A DNA stretch of 32,000 bases from assembly GCF_000025505.1 (NCBI RefSeq), contig NC_013849.1:2160001-2192000 (forward strand), read 5' to 3'. Numbering within the stretch: the first letter of the stretch is position 1; every line of letters starts with the position of its first letter. Under the pieces are notes generated by a model. It searched no databases. It saw only the letters and a program-made list of their open reading frames with translations, and was not told where the DNA came from. The DNA is from Ferroglobus placidus DSM 10642 (GTDB lineage: Archaea > Halobacteriota > Archaeoglobi > Archaeoglobales > Archaeoglobaceae). Both the position numbers and the translations under genes were made by a program. Positions 1-8,050 of the stretch are shown here, piece after piece.

Positions 1-1
1 A

Positions 2-679
2 GCGACTCCCGTTGTAACTTCTGTAGCCGATCTACTAACGATTCCAACTTTGATCGCATTCGTTCTCCTCTTCGAAACTCACGAAGGAGTGTTCCTGTTT
101 ACTTTAATTTTTTTCCTCGCTCTTTTCGGAGTCATGGGTATAAAATACAAAATTTCGAGGAAGATTTTTTTCGAACTTTCAGCAGTGTTAATCGTTCTCG
201 CTGCAGTAAGCTCGATTTCGGGAGCTTTGCTTGAAACATTCAGCAAAGAAATTCACGAGTCCCTCCTTTTCAGCATTCTCTATCCGGCAATAATAGGCAG
301 CCTGGGCAACTTCGGAGGAGTTGTAGGAGCGAGAGTTTCGACGAAACTACACATAGGAGAGGTTGAGAGATTTTTCGAGAAAGACGTCCTTCTCGACATT
401 CTCGCTTTAACGACCTTGACTTTGCCCTTAGCTTCGATAATGTACTCTTCTGGAGTTCTCGTCGCTTACTTCATTTTCGGAAGAGTTCCGGGAATTTACT
501 ACTTCTTCTTCCCTTTTTACATGCTCACAGCTTTGTTCGTTATGATTCTCGGAAATTTAATTTCTGTAACTTTCCACAAGTTCGGTTTCGATCCGGACAA
601 CGTTACAGTTCCCGCTATAACGACTTTAGCCGATCTGATCGGAACTGCCCTCACCATTCTCCTTTCCTTCCTCTCTTAG
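2..679 (+). CDS. MgtE/SLC41-type divalent-cation transporter membrane protein (5' end outside window)
   Basis: The frame of ORF 50..679 stays open back to nt 2. The product is very hydrophobic with multiple TM segments. A signature-like motif occurs twice (ATPVVTSVADLLTIP at the window edge, PDNVTVPAITTLADLIGT near the C-terminus), as expected for the duplicated MgtE membrane domain. Confidence 0.6.
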   Translation, partial: ATPVVTSVADLLTIPTLIAFVLLFETHEGVFLFTLIFFLALFGVMGIKYKISRKIFFELSAVLIVLAAVSSISGALLETFSKEIHESLLFSILYPAIIGSLGNFGGVVGARVSTKLHIGEVERFFEKDVLLDILALTTLTLPLASIMYSSGVLVAYFIFGRVPGIYYFFFPFYMLTALFVMILGNLISVTFHKFGFDPDNVTVPAITTLADLIGTALTILLSFLS

Positions 680-1711
680 CTCCTTTTCGAGTTCCTCGTA
701 AACGTCGAGTAAAGCTATGAGTGTCGTTGGGATCGTGTGCTCGGTTGCGAACGTTATGTAAGGTGTGAGATCTATAACGAAATCCGCAAACCGGAAAATA
801 CCCTTCGGCAAACCAACTCTACTTCCGGCGAAAACGACGATTTCATCCGCTCTTCTAAAAGCCTTCTTTAATTCCTCTTTTATGTCGGAAAGTTGCTTTC
901 CCGTCGGATCGGTTACAATTAAAACGTTCCTCCTCCTCCTTTTGTCTCTAACGGTCTGATATAAGTCGTGCACGTAAACCGGAACCTCTCTGACTTCTCT
1001 CGCGTAAGACTTCCTCTGAATTTTCAGCCTCGCAGTCTGCCCCCTCCTCACGCCTTTAAGGAACTCGAGAAGTTCGTAAGCGTTTACGTAATTGTAAGGA
1101 GCGATAATCAGCTCTTTTATCTCGAAAGATTGAGCGGCTCTTCCTATTCTCTCTCCAATCTGCTTCGCTCCTCTCAAGTCCTCTAAATAAGGCATCTGAA
1201 CGAAGCTGATTTTTCCGAAAAACTTGGTCGAATCGACCTTCTCCGGAGTGTACTTCTTGTGCTCCTCCTTGCCGTCTATCACTCCTATAAACGTCCTCTC
1301 GTTGACGATTTCAACGTAAACGGCTTTTTCCGGAAAGTTTAAATCTACATCAGCACCGCTTAATTCCTGAATTCTCCTTCCGAGCTCTACGTTAACGTCC
1401 GTGCTCGTAAAGTCGTGTTTTAAGCCTCTTCTCGTTGTTCTCACCGCAAAGCTTCTGAATTCTCCCATCGCCTTTACTATGTCTTCCGCTCTGGAGACTA
1501 TCTCCTTCAAGTCGGATTTAACTTCAAAAAGAACGGGTATGGCTCTTTCAACTTCTGGAACTTCTTTCACCTTCTCGACGTCGTCGCTATGAACAATTAA
1601 AATTCCGAGGTAACCGGCGGGTCTTACTTCAATTTTGACGTCTCCGAGCTCGTCCTTTATGCGGCTTGCAGCTATGTATTCCATTCCTCTCTGAGTTTTA
1701 ACGAATATCAT
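626..1711 (-). CDS. THUMP domain fused to SPOUT-like domain, putative RNA methyltransferase (AF2226-type)
   Basis: Track ORF 626..1717 starts at TTG; the first ATG is at 1711. The N-terminal half (FAVRTTRRGLKHDFTSTDVNVELGRRI...VYVEIVNERTFIGV) reads like a THUMP RNA-binding module. The C-terminal half (NVLIVTDPTGK...VVFAGSRVGLPKGIF...DLTPYITFATEHTIP) reads like a SPOUT knot region. Confidence 0.55.
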   Translation of the reverse strand: MIFVKTQRGMEYIAASRIKDELGDVKIEVRPAGYLGILIVHSDDVEKVKEVPEVERAIPVLFEVKSDLKEIVSRAEDIVKAMGEFRSFAVRTTRRGLKHDFTSTDVNVELGRRIQELSGADVDLNFPEKAVYVEIVNERTFIGVIDGKEEHKKYTPEKVDSTKFFGKISFVQMPYLEDLRGAKQIGERIGRAAQSFEIKELIIAPYNYVNAYELLEFLKGVRRGQTARLKIQRKSYAREVREVPVYVHDLYQTVRDKRRRRNVLIVTDPTGKQLSDIKEELKKAFRRADEIVVFAGSRVGLPKGIFRFADFVIDLTPYITFATEHTIPTTLIALLDVYEELEKELREEGKENGEGSSDQIG

Positions 1712-1744
1712 CCGCAAACTTTGAGAATTCGTTATTTAAAACTA

Positions 1745-2020
1745 TCAGATAATTCTGAATGAAGGGTAGTCTCCCTCGTAAGCAAGCTCCTTTTCGAACT
1801 CCCTTACAGCCTTGTGTAAATCGAAAAGCTCCTCGAAGTATTCGGAATTTATTCCGATGTGGCAGCCCCGGTTATACTTCTCGTGAACTATTTTAAACCC
1901 TCTGATCTCGTCACCTTTTTTAGAGTAAACCCTCAGGTATCCTTCCTTACCGCACTTCGGACAGGTGACGATAATGCTGAACTTTCCTCTGCGATTCTTC
2001 ACGATTCTAAAATTAATCAT
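1745..2020 (-). CDS. small zinc-ribbon-like hypothetical protein (91 aa)
   Basis: This is the downstream part of track ORF 1745..2251, taken from the internal ATG at 2020 (MINFRIVKNRRGK...). It contains CPKCG ... CH. The upstream part of the long ORF is antisense to tRNA-Pro, so it is not coding. Confidence 0.4.
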   Translation of the reverse strand: MINFRIVKNRRGKFSIIVTCPKCGKEGYLRVYSKKGDEIRGFKIVHEKYNRGCHIGINSEYFEELFDLHKAVREFEKELAYEGDYPSFRII

Positions 2021-2074
2021 GGGCAGAAATATAACCACAACATTAAAATAACTATCTATTTTCCCCTTCTTCAG

Positions 2075-2148
2075 GGGGCCGTAGGGTAGCCTGGTTATCC
2101 TCCCGGCTTTGGGAGCCGGTGACCCGAGTTCAAATCTCGGCGGCCCCA
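2075..2148 (+). tRNA. tRNA-Pro (anticodon UGG)
   Basis: GGGGCCG...CGGCCCC forms the acceptor stem with discriminator A. The anticodon arm is CCGGC-UUUGGGA-GCCGG (anticodon UGG, G37). The T arm is CCGAG-TTCAAAT-CTCGG. No CCA is encoded. Confidence 0.93.
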
Positions 2149-2336
2149 TGTATTTATATCTTCTAAAGGTCTCGTAAAGAGTTTTTAAGTGTGCTTTTGA
2201 CGGGTTTGTATGAATCCAAAACATTAAAATTATAAAGAGACTGGCTGTCATTTCGTGACAAAACTCAAGGTGAATGAGAAAGAGGGGGTATCCTAATCAG
2301 AAAAATCTTTATGAATGATCGGGAAAAGTACCTATC

Positions 2337-2507
2337 ATGGAAAATATAATCCTTGAGCATCTTCAGAAAATTGAGAAACAGCTTGAAATTCTCAACAGCA
2401 AGATCGAGAATTTCCTAGGTTTTGAGGAATTGAGTGATGAAGAACTCAGAGAACTTGATGAAATCGAGACTGAGATGGAGAAAGGAGAAAAATTCCCGTT
2501 GGAATAA
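2337..2507 (+). CDS. putative antitoxin (56 aa) of RelE-type TA pair
   Basis: Hand-translated ORF below the track cutoff: MENIILEHLQKIEKQLEILNSKIENFLGFEELSDEELRELDEIETEMEKGEKFPLE. Its TAA stop overlaps the ATG of the toxin gene (TAATG at 2505-2509). The product is acidic and helical, which is typical for an antitoxin. Confidence 0.55.
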   Translation: MENIILEHLQKIEKQLEILNSKIENFLGFEELSDEELRELDEIETEMEKGEKFPLE

Positions 2508-2761
2508 TGTACGAAATTTTTCTAAGCAGGCAGGCAAAGAAGTTTCTGGATTCTCTTGATGAATCTAACAGAGAAAGAATTAAAGAAAAACTCAGGTTGC
2601 TTGTGGAAAATCCTTTTTCGCTTCCGTACAAAAAAATCAAGGGGAGAGAAAGTACCTACAGAATCAGAGTAGGGAATTTTAGAATAATATATTCTATCAG
2701 GGGCAGAGAAATCAGGATATTGAAAATAGACAAAAGAGAAAGAATTTATGATAGATTTTGA
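2507..2761 (+). CDS. relE: RelE/ParE-family type II toxin (mRNA interferase)
   Basis: The 84-aa product MYEIFLSRQAKKFLDSLDESNRERIKEKLRLLVENPF...YRIRVGNFRIIYSIRGREIRILKIDKRERIY matches the RelE/ParE pattern (KKxLxxL...I...L..L..nP...YRIRVGdYRiiY.i....i.i..i.hR...Y). Confidence 0.8.
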   Translation: MYEIFLSRQAKKFLDSLDESNRERIKEKLRLLVENPFSLPYKKIKGRESTYRIRVGNFRIIYSIRGREIRILKIDKRERIYDRF

Positions 2762-3055
2762 GGTCAGAAAACGTTTATCGTTTGATCTGTTTGATTAATT
2801 TCCTCTTTCTGAATGAAGCTCTCTGTCGTAACTCTGCACATTCAAGCTTCCTGTATTATGTGCCAAGATTTTGAACGTTTCAGCTCATTATACTCTCCTG
2901 ATTGCAAACGCACTAAAGAGTGTGAGCATTAAATTATAAAAAAGAGTTTCAGAATAGAGAAAACACCCTCAGGGGTTATCCCCTTCGGAGCTCTTCTATT
3001 GTTTGAAAGCTTTATAATGCCGTATAATAAAAATAAAATTTTCAAAATTTTAAAA

Positions 3056-3739
3056 TTACTCTTTTCTCGCTTTCGGATGTCTCACTAATCCCGCTTCTAT
3101 AGTTTTAGCAACCTTCAGCATTAGAGTGTAAACGAGGAAACCCCATGCAACAGTTCCGACGACGATGACTCCTTCCATGAACGAGGGCATGTACTCCCAG
3201 ATCTCCCCTATCGGAGTTGGGACGAAACCGGGAACGACCAATCCCATACCCTTTTCAAGCCAAATGCCAATCGCATTTAAGCTACAAGCTGCAGCAAGTG
3301 TTTTAAAGTTTCTGCGAGTTTTTGGATATAGAAGGAGGGCTACAGAAGTTATTTGCATGAATAGAGACAACCAAGCAATTGGTTTTAGTGCGGCGTAAAC
3401 TTTCCCGTTATGCTCTAATCCGAAGAAGAGGTATTTGAGCGATATTTGGTGTATCGTAGCGGAGTAGAAAACTGTGTATAGCTCGGAAGAGAGCAAGAAT
3501 AAGTTGACGAGCATCGCAATTAGCGTTATTTGTGCTAATGTTTCTATCGCTTTTTCAGATATGTACTTTCTGTAAAAAGTATACTTTCTGATAATCAGCA
3601 AAACGAGAATCATAATGGCTGGTCCTGACGTGAATGCGCTTGCTATGAAACGGGGTGCCATAAGAGCCGTGTTCCAGTAAGGTCTTGCTGAGAGTCCGGC
3701 ATAGATAAAAGCTGTGACCGTGTGGATGCTTATAGCCCA
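3056..3739 (-). pseudogene. NrfD/PsrC-like polytopic membrane subunit, 5'-truncated (C-terminal part only)
   Basis: Track ORF 3056..3661 is an all-TM protein. The frame stays open upstream to 3775 and reads ...WAISIHTVTAFIYAGLSARPYWNTALMAPRFIASAFTSGPA, an NrfD-family-like motif. There is no start codon or N-terminal half, and the gene abuts the IS element. Confidence 0.5.
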
Positions 3740-4466
3740 GGGAGACCCGTAAACTTTACCTTCCCAGAATATTATTCAGACAATTTTGATGAAGTTGAAG
3801 AAGCTTATAGAGGAGCTTGAGTTGTTTGAGAGGGAAAGAGTTCCGAACGACATTAGAATTCTTGGCGTAGCCACTTACGTTCAAACTTCTTCGACGAGGA
3901 GAACGGCTAAAATTCTCTCGGAGTTTCGTCCGGTCTCCCATACGGCTGTGTGGAAATGGATAAAGAAGTTTGAAGAGAAGTTACCAATTTCTACTGAGAA
4001 GAAGCGGAGAAATCTTGTTGCAATAGATGAAACGATTGTCAAAGCTAACAAAAAGAAGTTCTACATTTTTGCCGCGGTAGACGTTGAAAGGAACGAGCTG
4101 ATTTTAATGAGGGTTTACACGACGAGAAACATTCTTACAGCAAGGTCTTTCGTCAAAGAAGTTCTTAATTACTGCGAGAACGAACCCAAGTTTTTGATAG
4201 ACAAAGCACCATGGCTGAGAAAAGCAATAGAAAGTTTAGGCTTGGAATTTAAGCATGAAACCTTTCGGAAAGAGAAGTCTGGTTGAAGCGACGTTCAGCT
4301 CATTTAAACAGAGAGTTAAGCTGTTCTTCTGTTCCATTACCGATAAGAATTCAGTTGTGAACTGGAATTTGTTCTGTAAGTTGTTTATGCCCTATTACAA
4401 TCATCTGAGGTGGTTAAGTTGACAGGGCTTTCAAGTTCAAGCTTCAAAGTTACAAGTCCCACATTA
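3740..4466 (+). mobile_element. IS6-family-like insertion sequence (about 0.7 kb, boundaries approximate)
   Basis: It contains a DDE transposase with IS6/IS240-like motifs. Imperfect terminal inverted repeats are possible (GGGAGACCCGTAAACTTT at about 3740 against the reverse complement of 4446-4463, GGGACTTGTAACTTTG). The flanking genes on both sides are truncated. Confidence 0.6.
3789..4422 (+). pseudogene. IS6-family DDE transposase, interrupted by a 1-nt frameshift near 4266
   Basis: Frame 1 (3786/3789..4286) reads ...VAIDETIVKANKKKFYIFAAVDVERNELILMRVYTTRN...FLIDKAPWLRKAIESLGLEFKHETF. The sequence continues in the +1 frame as GKRSLVEATFSSFKQRVKLFF...NHLRWLS*, with its stop at 4420-4422. 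The joined product is about 210 aa with the D, D and (E)xxxxxxK/R region expected of IS6 transposases. Confidence 0.7.
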
Positions 4467-4644
4467 CTCCTCTGACTGCTGAACCAAAGATGGATGTTCC
4501 TCTGACATTGTATTTTCTCAGTATAGGAACTTTTTGGCAGATTATCTTTAGTCTATGGAGTGTATCCTTTTTGCAATATCCTTCTCCTATTTTTGAACTA
4601 TTATTCCAGCCAAAAACTATCAAGCTCATTCCTCTCAAGAACAT
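4450..4644 (-). pseudogene. possible 5' fragment of a MNT-type nucleotidyltransferase gene, 3'-truncated at the IS end
   Basis: The ORF ends ...LKIICQKVPILRKYNVRGTSIFGSAVRGVMWDL*. The motif FGSxxRG follows a 'YNV' segment, as at the start of minimal nucleotidyltransferase domains. The catalytic D-x-D part is missing and the region upstream is full of stops. Confidence 0.3.
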
Positions 4645-4892
4645 ACTTTCCCCACTCCATTTTAACCCAAGAAGAATCTCTCAAAAACTTCTGGACTTCG
4701 TGAGTACTTCAGCATGTCGTTTAAAGTTACCATAGCTCTCTTTTTTAGCCTTCTCCTCCTTCAAATTTAAAAGTCGATAAAACTTTTCTCGAATGATCCA
4801 ATTGCAGCCCAGATGTCTGATTTTGAAAAATCCTCCGTTAGAATCTTAATGAGTTGCGCTTTAGTTGATGGGGCTTTTAACAAAAATTTAGA

Positions 4893-4965
4893 AGCCGCCG
4901 CCGGGATTTGAACCCGGGACCTGGTGATTACGAGTCACCCGCTCTACCAGCTGAGCCACGGCGGC
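4893..4965 (-). tRNA. tRNA-Thr (anticodon CGU)
   Basis: The reverse complement is GCCGCCGTGGCTCAGCTGGTAGAGCGGGTGACTCGTAATCACCAGGTCCCGGGTTCAAATCCCGGCGGCGGCT. This gives a 7-bp acceptor stem, the anticodon arm GGTGA-CUCGUAA-TCACC and a T loop TTCAAAT. Confidence 0.93.
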
Positions 4966-5035
4966 AATCAGAAATAGAATCTGATCGTTTGAATTTAAGG
5001 ATTGCGGTAAAACGTATAAATCCCGAGCACTCATC

Positions 5036-6031
5036 TTGATCGTGCACGGAGATCAGGCTGAAAAATTTTTGAATGATAGAAAAATACTCGACTTCGCTTC
5101 GAACATAAACCCGTTTCCTCCCAGAGATCTTCAGGAATTTATAAAAAGTATTTCTTGGAAGGTTTCTTACTATCCAGAAAGCAGCTACTCCGATTTAATC
5201 GAAACCATTTCAGAAACTTTTGAATGGAAAAAAGATGAGGTCGTATTCGGGAACGGTTCGATAGAGTTAATAAGAGCGTTTTTCATGATAAACAAAGGAA
5301 AAGTCCTAATCCCTTACCCTACATTCACCGAATACGAGCGATTTGCGAAAGCTTTTGGATTGAAAGTCGTCAGATGTCAGCTTAGAGAGGTTTACGAGTT
5401 TGCGAAAAAAAGTGAATTTGATGCTGTGGTTGTTTGCAATCCGAACAATCCAACTGGAGAATTTGTCGAATGCGTTGAAGAACTCGACATTCTTGCTGGG
5501 AAAAAAGGTTTTAAGCTTCTCGTTGACGAAGCGTTCATCGATTTCTCCAGCGAAAGAGTTCAGCTCGAAAACGCATTCGTTGTAAGATCTCTAACGAAAA
5601 TTCTCGGGATTCCTGGCTTGAGGTTTGGGTACGGTAGATTTCCTAAGAAGTTTGCTGAAAGGTTCCACGAAATTAGAGATCCTTGGAACGTGAACATTAT
5701 CGCAAAGGAAGTTGCCAAGAGATACTTGCCAAAGCTGAAAATTTTTTCAAGGAAAGTTAGGAAAAAGATTTCAATAGAAAGGAGGTACATCAGAAAAAGA
5801 CTGGGAAAGCTTGATTTCTTAAGCATGGGAGAGGTAAATTTCCTTCTTGTCGAAGGAGAATTCAAAGCAAGAAACGTTCAGAAATTTTTGTTCGAAAGAG
5901 GAATTTTGATAAGAACGTGCGAGGACTTCGTTGGTTTGAATGAAAAGCATTTCAGAATAGCCGTTAAGGATAGAAAGAGTAATAGAGAGCTGATAAAAAA
6001 TTTAGAGGTATTTGTCGAGGAAAATTCCTAA
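5036..6031 (+). CDS. cobD: threonine-phosphate decarboxylase (CobD) / class I-II aminotransferase fold
   Basis: HGDQ...ILDFASNINPFPP at the N-terminus, VVCNPNNPTGEF, LLVDEAFIDF, RSLTKILGIPGLRFGY (PLP lysine) and PWNVN all parallel Salmonella CobD motifs as I remember them. Confidence 0.7.
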   Translation: MIVHGDQAEKFLNDRKILDFASNINPFPPRDLQEFIKSISWKVSYYPESSYSDLIETISETFEWKKDEVVFGNGSIELIRAFFMINKGKVLIPYPTFTEYERFAKAFGLKVVRCQLREVYEFAKKSEFDAVVVCNPNNPTGEFVECVEELDILAGKKGFKLLVDEAFIDFSSERVQLENAFVVRSLTKILGIPGLRFGYGRFPKKFAERFHEIRDPWNVNIIAKEVAKRYLPKLKIFSRKVRKKISIERRYIRKRLGKLDFLSMGEVNFLLVEGEFKARNVQKFLFERGILIRTCEDFVGLNEKHFRIAVKDRKSNRELIKNLEVFVEENS

Positions 6032-6850
6032 CTTCCTTCTGACCTCTTCGCTTATCATCTCCGGGGAAGTAGTTATCGCGAACTTCAAAGCGTCTTTGCA
6101 CTCGCATTCTCTTTCTTCTGGAATCTTCGGTATCAGCTTTCTGAGAATCGCTTTTATGTTTTCCTCGTTCTTCGCCATGTTTTCCAAGACGGTCTTAACA
6201 TCCACTGGCTCCTCCTTCCAGACGTCGTAATCCGTGACGGCTGCAATCGTTACGTAGCAAATTTCAGCCTCTCTTGCAAGCTTTGCTTCTGGTAAAGCAG
6301 TCATACCAATTATGTCGAACCCCATGCTTCTGTAGAATTTCGACTCAGCCTTAGTTGAAAACTGAGGACCTTCAATGCAAACGTAAGTTCCTTTGTCGTG
6401 GTAGCTCAAACCGAGCTCCTTCACGGCTTCTATGGCAACCTCTCTCAACTCCGGACAGAAAGGGTCCGCCACGCCGACGTGAACCACCACATCTTCGAAA
6501 AACGTGTCCTTTCTGTGCTTCGTCCTGTCGAATATCTGATCCGGAATAACTATATCCAGTGGCTTTATCTCTTCTTTTAAAGATCCAACTGCCGCTACGC
6601 TAATTATCCTCTCAACTCCGAGTTTTTTGAAGGCGTAGATGTTCGCTCTGTAAGGAACGTGCGTTGGTGAATAGATGTGTCCCTTCCCGTGTCTCGAAAT
6701 GAAAGCCACTTTTCTTCCCTCGTAATCTCCAATCGTTATCTTCGACGAGGGTTTTCCGAAGGGCGTGTCGACGTCAACTTCTGTTACGTTCTCGAAAGCG
6801 TCGCTATCGTAGATGCCGGTTCCGCCAATAATCCCGATTTCCGCCTTCAT
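6002..6850 (-). CDS. mtnP: S-methyl-5'-thioadenosine phosphorylase
   Basis: IGIIGGTGIYD, FISRHGKGHIYSPTHVPYRANIYAFKKLGVERIISVAAVGSL and GMTALPEAKLAREAEICY are PNP/MTAP family signatures. Confidence 0.85.
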   Translation of the reverse strand: MKAEIGIIGGTGIYDSDAFENVTEVDVDTPFGKPSSKITIGDYEGRKVAFISRHGKGHIYSPTHVPYRANIYAFKKLGVERIISVAAVGSLKEEIKPLDIVIPDQIFDRTKHRKDTFFEDVVVHVGVADPFCPELREVAIEAVKELGLSYHDKGTYVCIEGPQFSTKAESKFYRSMGFDIIGMTALPEAKLAREAEICYVTIAAVTDYDVWKEEPVDVKTVLENMAKNEENIKAILRKLIPKIPEERECECKDALKFAITTSPEMISEEVRRKLGIFLDKYL

Positions 6851-7551
6851 TCTTTAATCCTCCAGTAGGGTTTGTTATCCTTTAAAATCTTCTCCACTAT
6901 TCCTCTGTTTTCCATCTCCCTCATAACGTCGAAGAACCTTCCCGGTTGAGCGATCTCCAAGTAAATAGGGTCTATCTGGTGAAGCTCATACAGTCTCCAC
7001 TTTATGTCCCACTCCCCCCAAAGCTTCTCCTTGTCTCTTCTCATCAACCTCGTTATCAACTCTATCATGTCCTCCATGAAATTCCACGGGAAAATTATCC
7101 AAGCCCACTCCTCGAGGTATTCCCCGAAGTAGTCCGGAGTGAACTTAGACGTGTAAAGAAGCTGTAATGTGGCAGTTTTAACCTCTGTTGCTCCCAATTC
7201 TTCAACGTGCTGCTTTGCCGTCATCAAACTTTTGCCAGTATCGGCTATATCATCCACGATCAGCACCTTCTTACCCTTTACGCTCTCTTCGTGAAGAGGG
7301 TATCTTATCCTCACCTCTCCGCTCATCTTAGCCGTGCCTACGTAGTGTTCTACCTTCAAGCTCGTTAAATCGTCCAAACCGAGAAGATCGCAAAGAACTC
7401 TCCCAGCGAACCATCCCCCTCTTGCTAAAGCGACGATAACATCTGGCTCGTAGCCGTCATCTCTGACCTGCTCAGCCACCCTCCTACAAAGCCTGTCCAT
7501 GTACTCCCAGTTTGTCACAACGCACTTGAACTTCTCAGGAAACTCCTCCAT
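6847..7551 (-). CDS. phosphoribosyltransferase (purine PRTase-like) with C-terminal extension
   Basis: PRPP-binding loop KKVLIVDDIADTGKSL, plus the N-terminal VIVALARGGWFAGRVL. Its stop overlaps the mtnP start by 4 nt. Confidence 0.7.
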   Translation of the reverse strand: MEEFPEKFKCVVTNWEYMDRLCRRVAEQVRDDGYEPDVIVALARGGWFAGRVLCDLLGLDDLTSLKVEHYVGTAKMSGEVRIRYPLHEESVKGKKVLIVDDIADTGKSLMTAKQHVEELGATEVKTATLQLLYTSKFTPDYFGEYLEEWAWIIFPWNFMEDMIELITRLMRRDKEKLWGEWDIKWRLYELHQIDPIYLEIAQPGRFFDVMREMENRGIVEKILKDNKPYWRIKE

Positions 7552-7692
7552 AGTTAATCACCAAAGTTAATCCTTTCCTTCACATTTTTAAAATTTCGTA
7601 TGTGAAGCTCTCTGGGTAAAGCCTATGAAGAAGTTTGTGTTGTATAAATTCGCGGAAACGATAAATTTTAAATTCGAACTACTTGTTTTGCG

Positions 7693-8050
7693 ATGGGTGA
7701 CGAAGTGAATCCGATCATATTGGTAGGTTTAGGTGGATTTTTCGGGGCTTCAAAATGGAATATCGTACTTTCCAGTTGGAACACTTGCCGTTAATGTTCT
7801 TGGAAGTTTTTTCCTCAGCCTAACCATGTATTTGTCGGAATACCATGGGTTATTCGGAGAAGAAACGAGAATATTCCTTACAATCGGATTCCTCGGTTCA
7901 TTCACGACGATGTCCACATTCTCTTATGAGACGTTCAAGCTGCTCGAAAATAAAGAAATAAATTTATTTATCATTAACATAACAGCGACTTTAGCACTTA
8001 CGTTGCTTGGAGTTTATTTAGGAAAAATGGTGGCTTTGTGGAGGAGATGA
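7693..8050 (+). CDS. crcB: CrcB/Fluc fluoride channel, apparent +1 frameshift near 7752-7756
   Basis: ATG 7693 gives MGDEVNPIILVGLGGFFGAS (CrcB TM1 with a GGxxGA motif), and that frame then stops at 7792. The rest (ISYFPVGTLAVNVLGSFFL...GFLGSFTTMSTFSYE) is in the frame of track ORF 7733..8050. The switch maps to the run caaaatgg. Confidence 0.75.

Noticed and set aside
1745-2251. 168-aa ORF on the minus strand spanning tRNA-Pro
   Set aside because: Residues ~35-60 (GPPRFELGSPAPKAGRITRLPYGP) are simply the reverse-complement translation of the tRNA-Pro gene. Only the part downstream of the internal ATG at 2020 is kept, as a tentative small CDS.
2447-2495. GTGATGA ... CTGAG strings resembling C/D boxes inside the antitoxin ORF
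   Set aside because: The box spacing is wrong: there is no D' box 12 nt after the C box and no C' box. The strings are explained by the coding sequence (SDEEL...ETEME).
2149-4892. att-site-like duplication of tRNA-Pro or tRNA-Thr 3' ends that would delimit an integrated element
   Set aside because: I could not find a second copy of CAAATCTCGGCGGCCCC or of GGGATTTGAACCCGG within the islet by eye. Integration is therefore left as a hypothesis only.
7552-7692. Possible fluoride riboswitch upstream of crcB
   Set aside because: I looked for the conserved crcB-motif elements (GAUGG..., ...AAnCnGCC..., GGCUGAUG...). I found only a weak resemblance (GCCUAUGAAG) and no pseudoknot partners.
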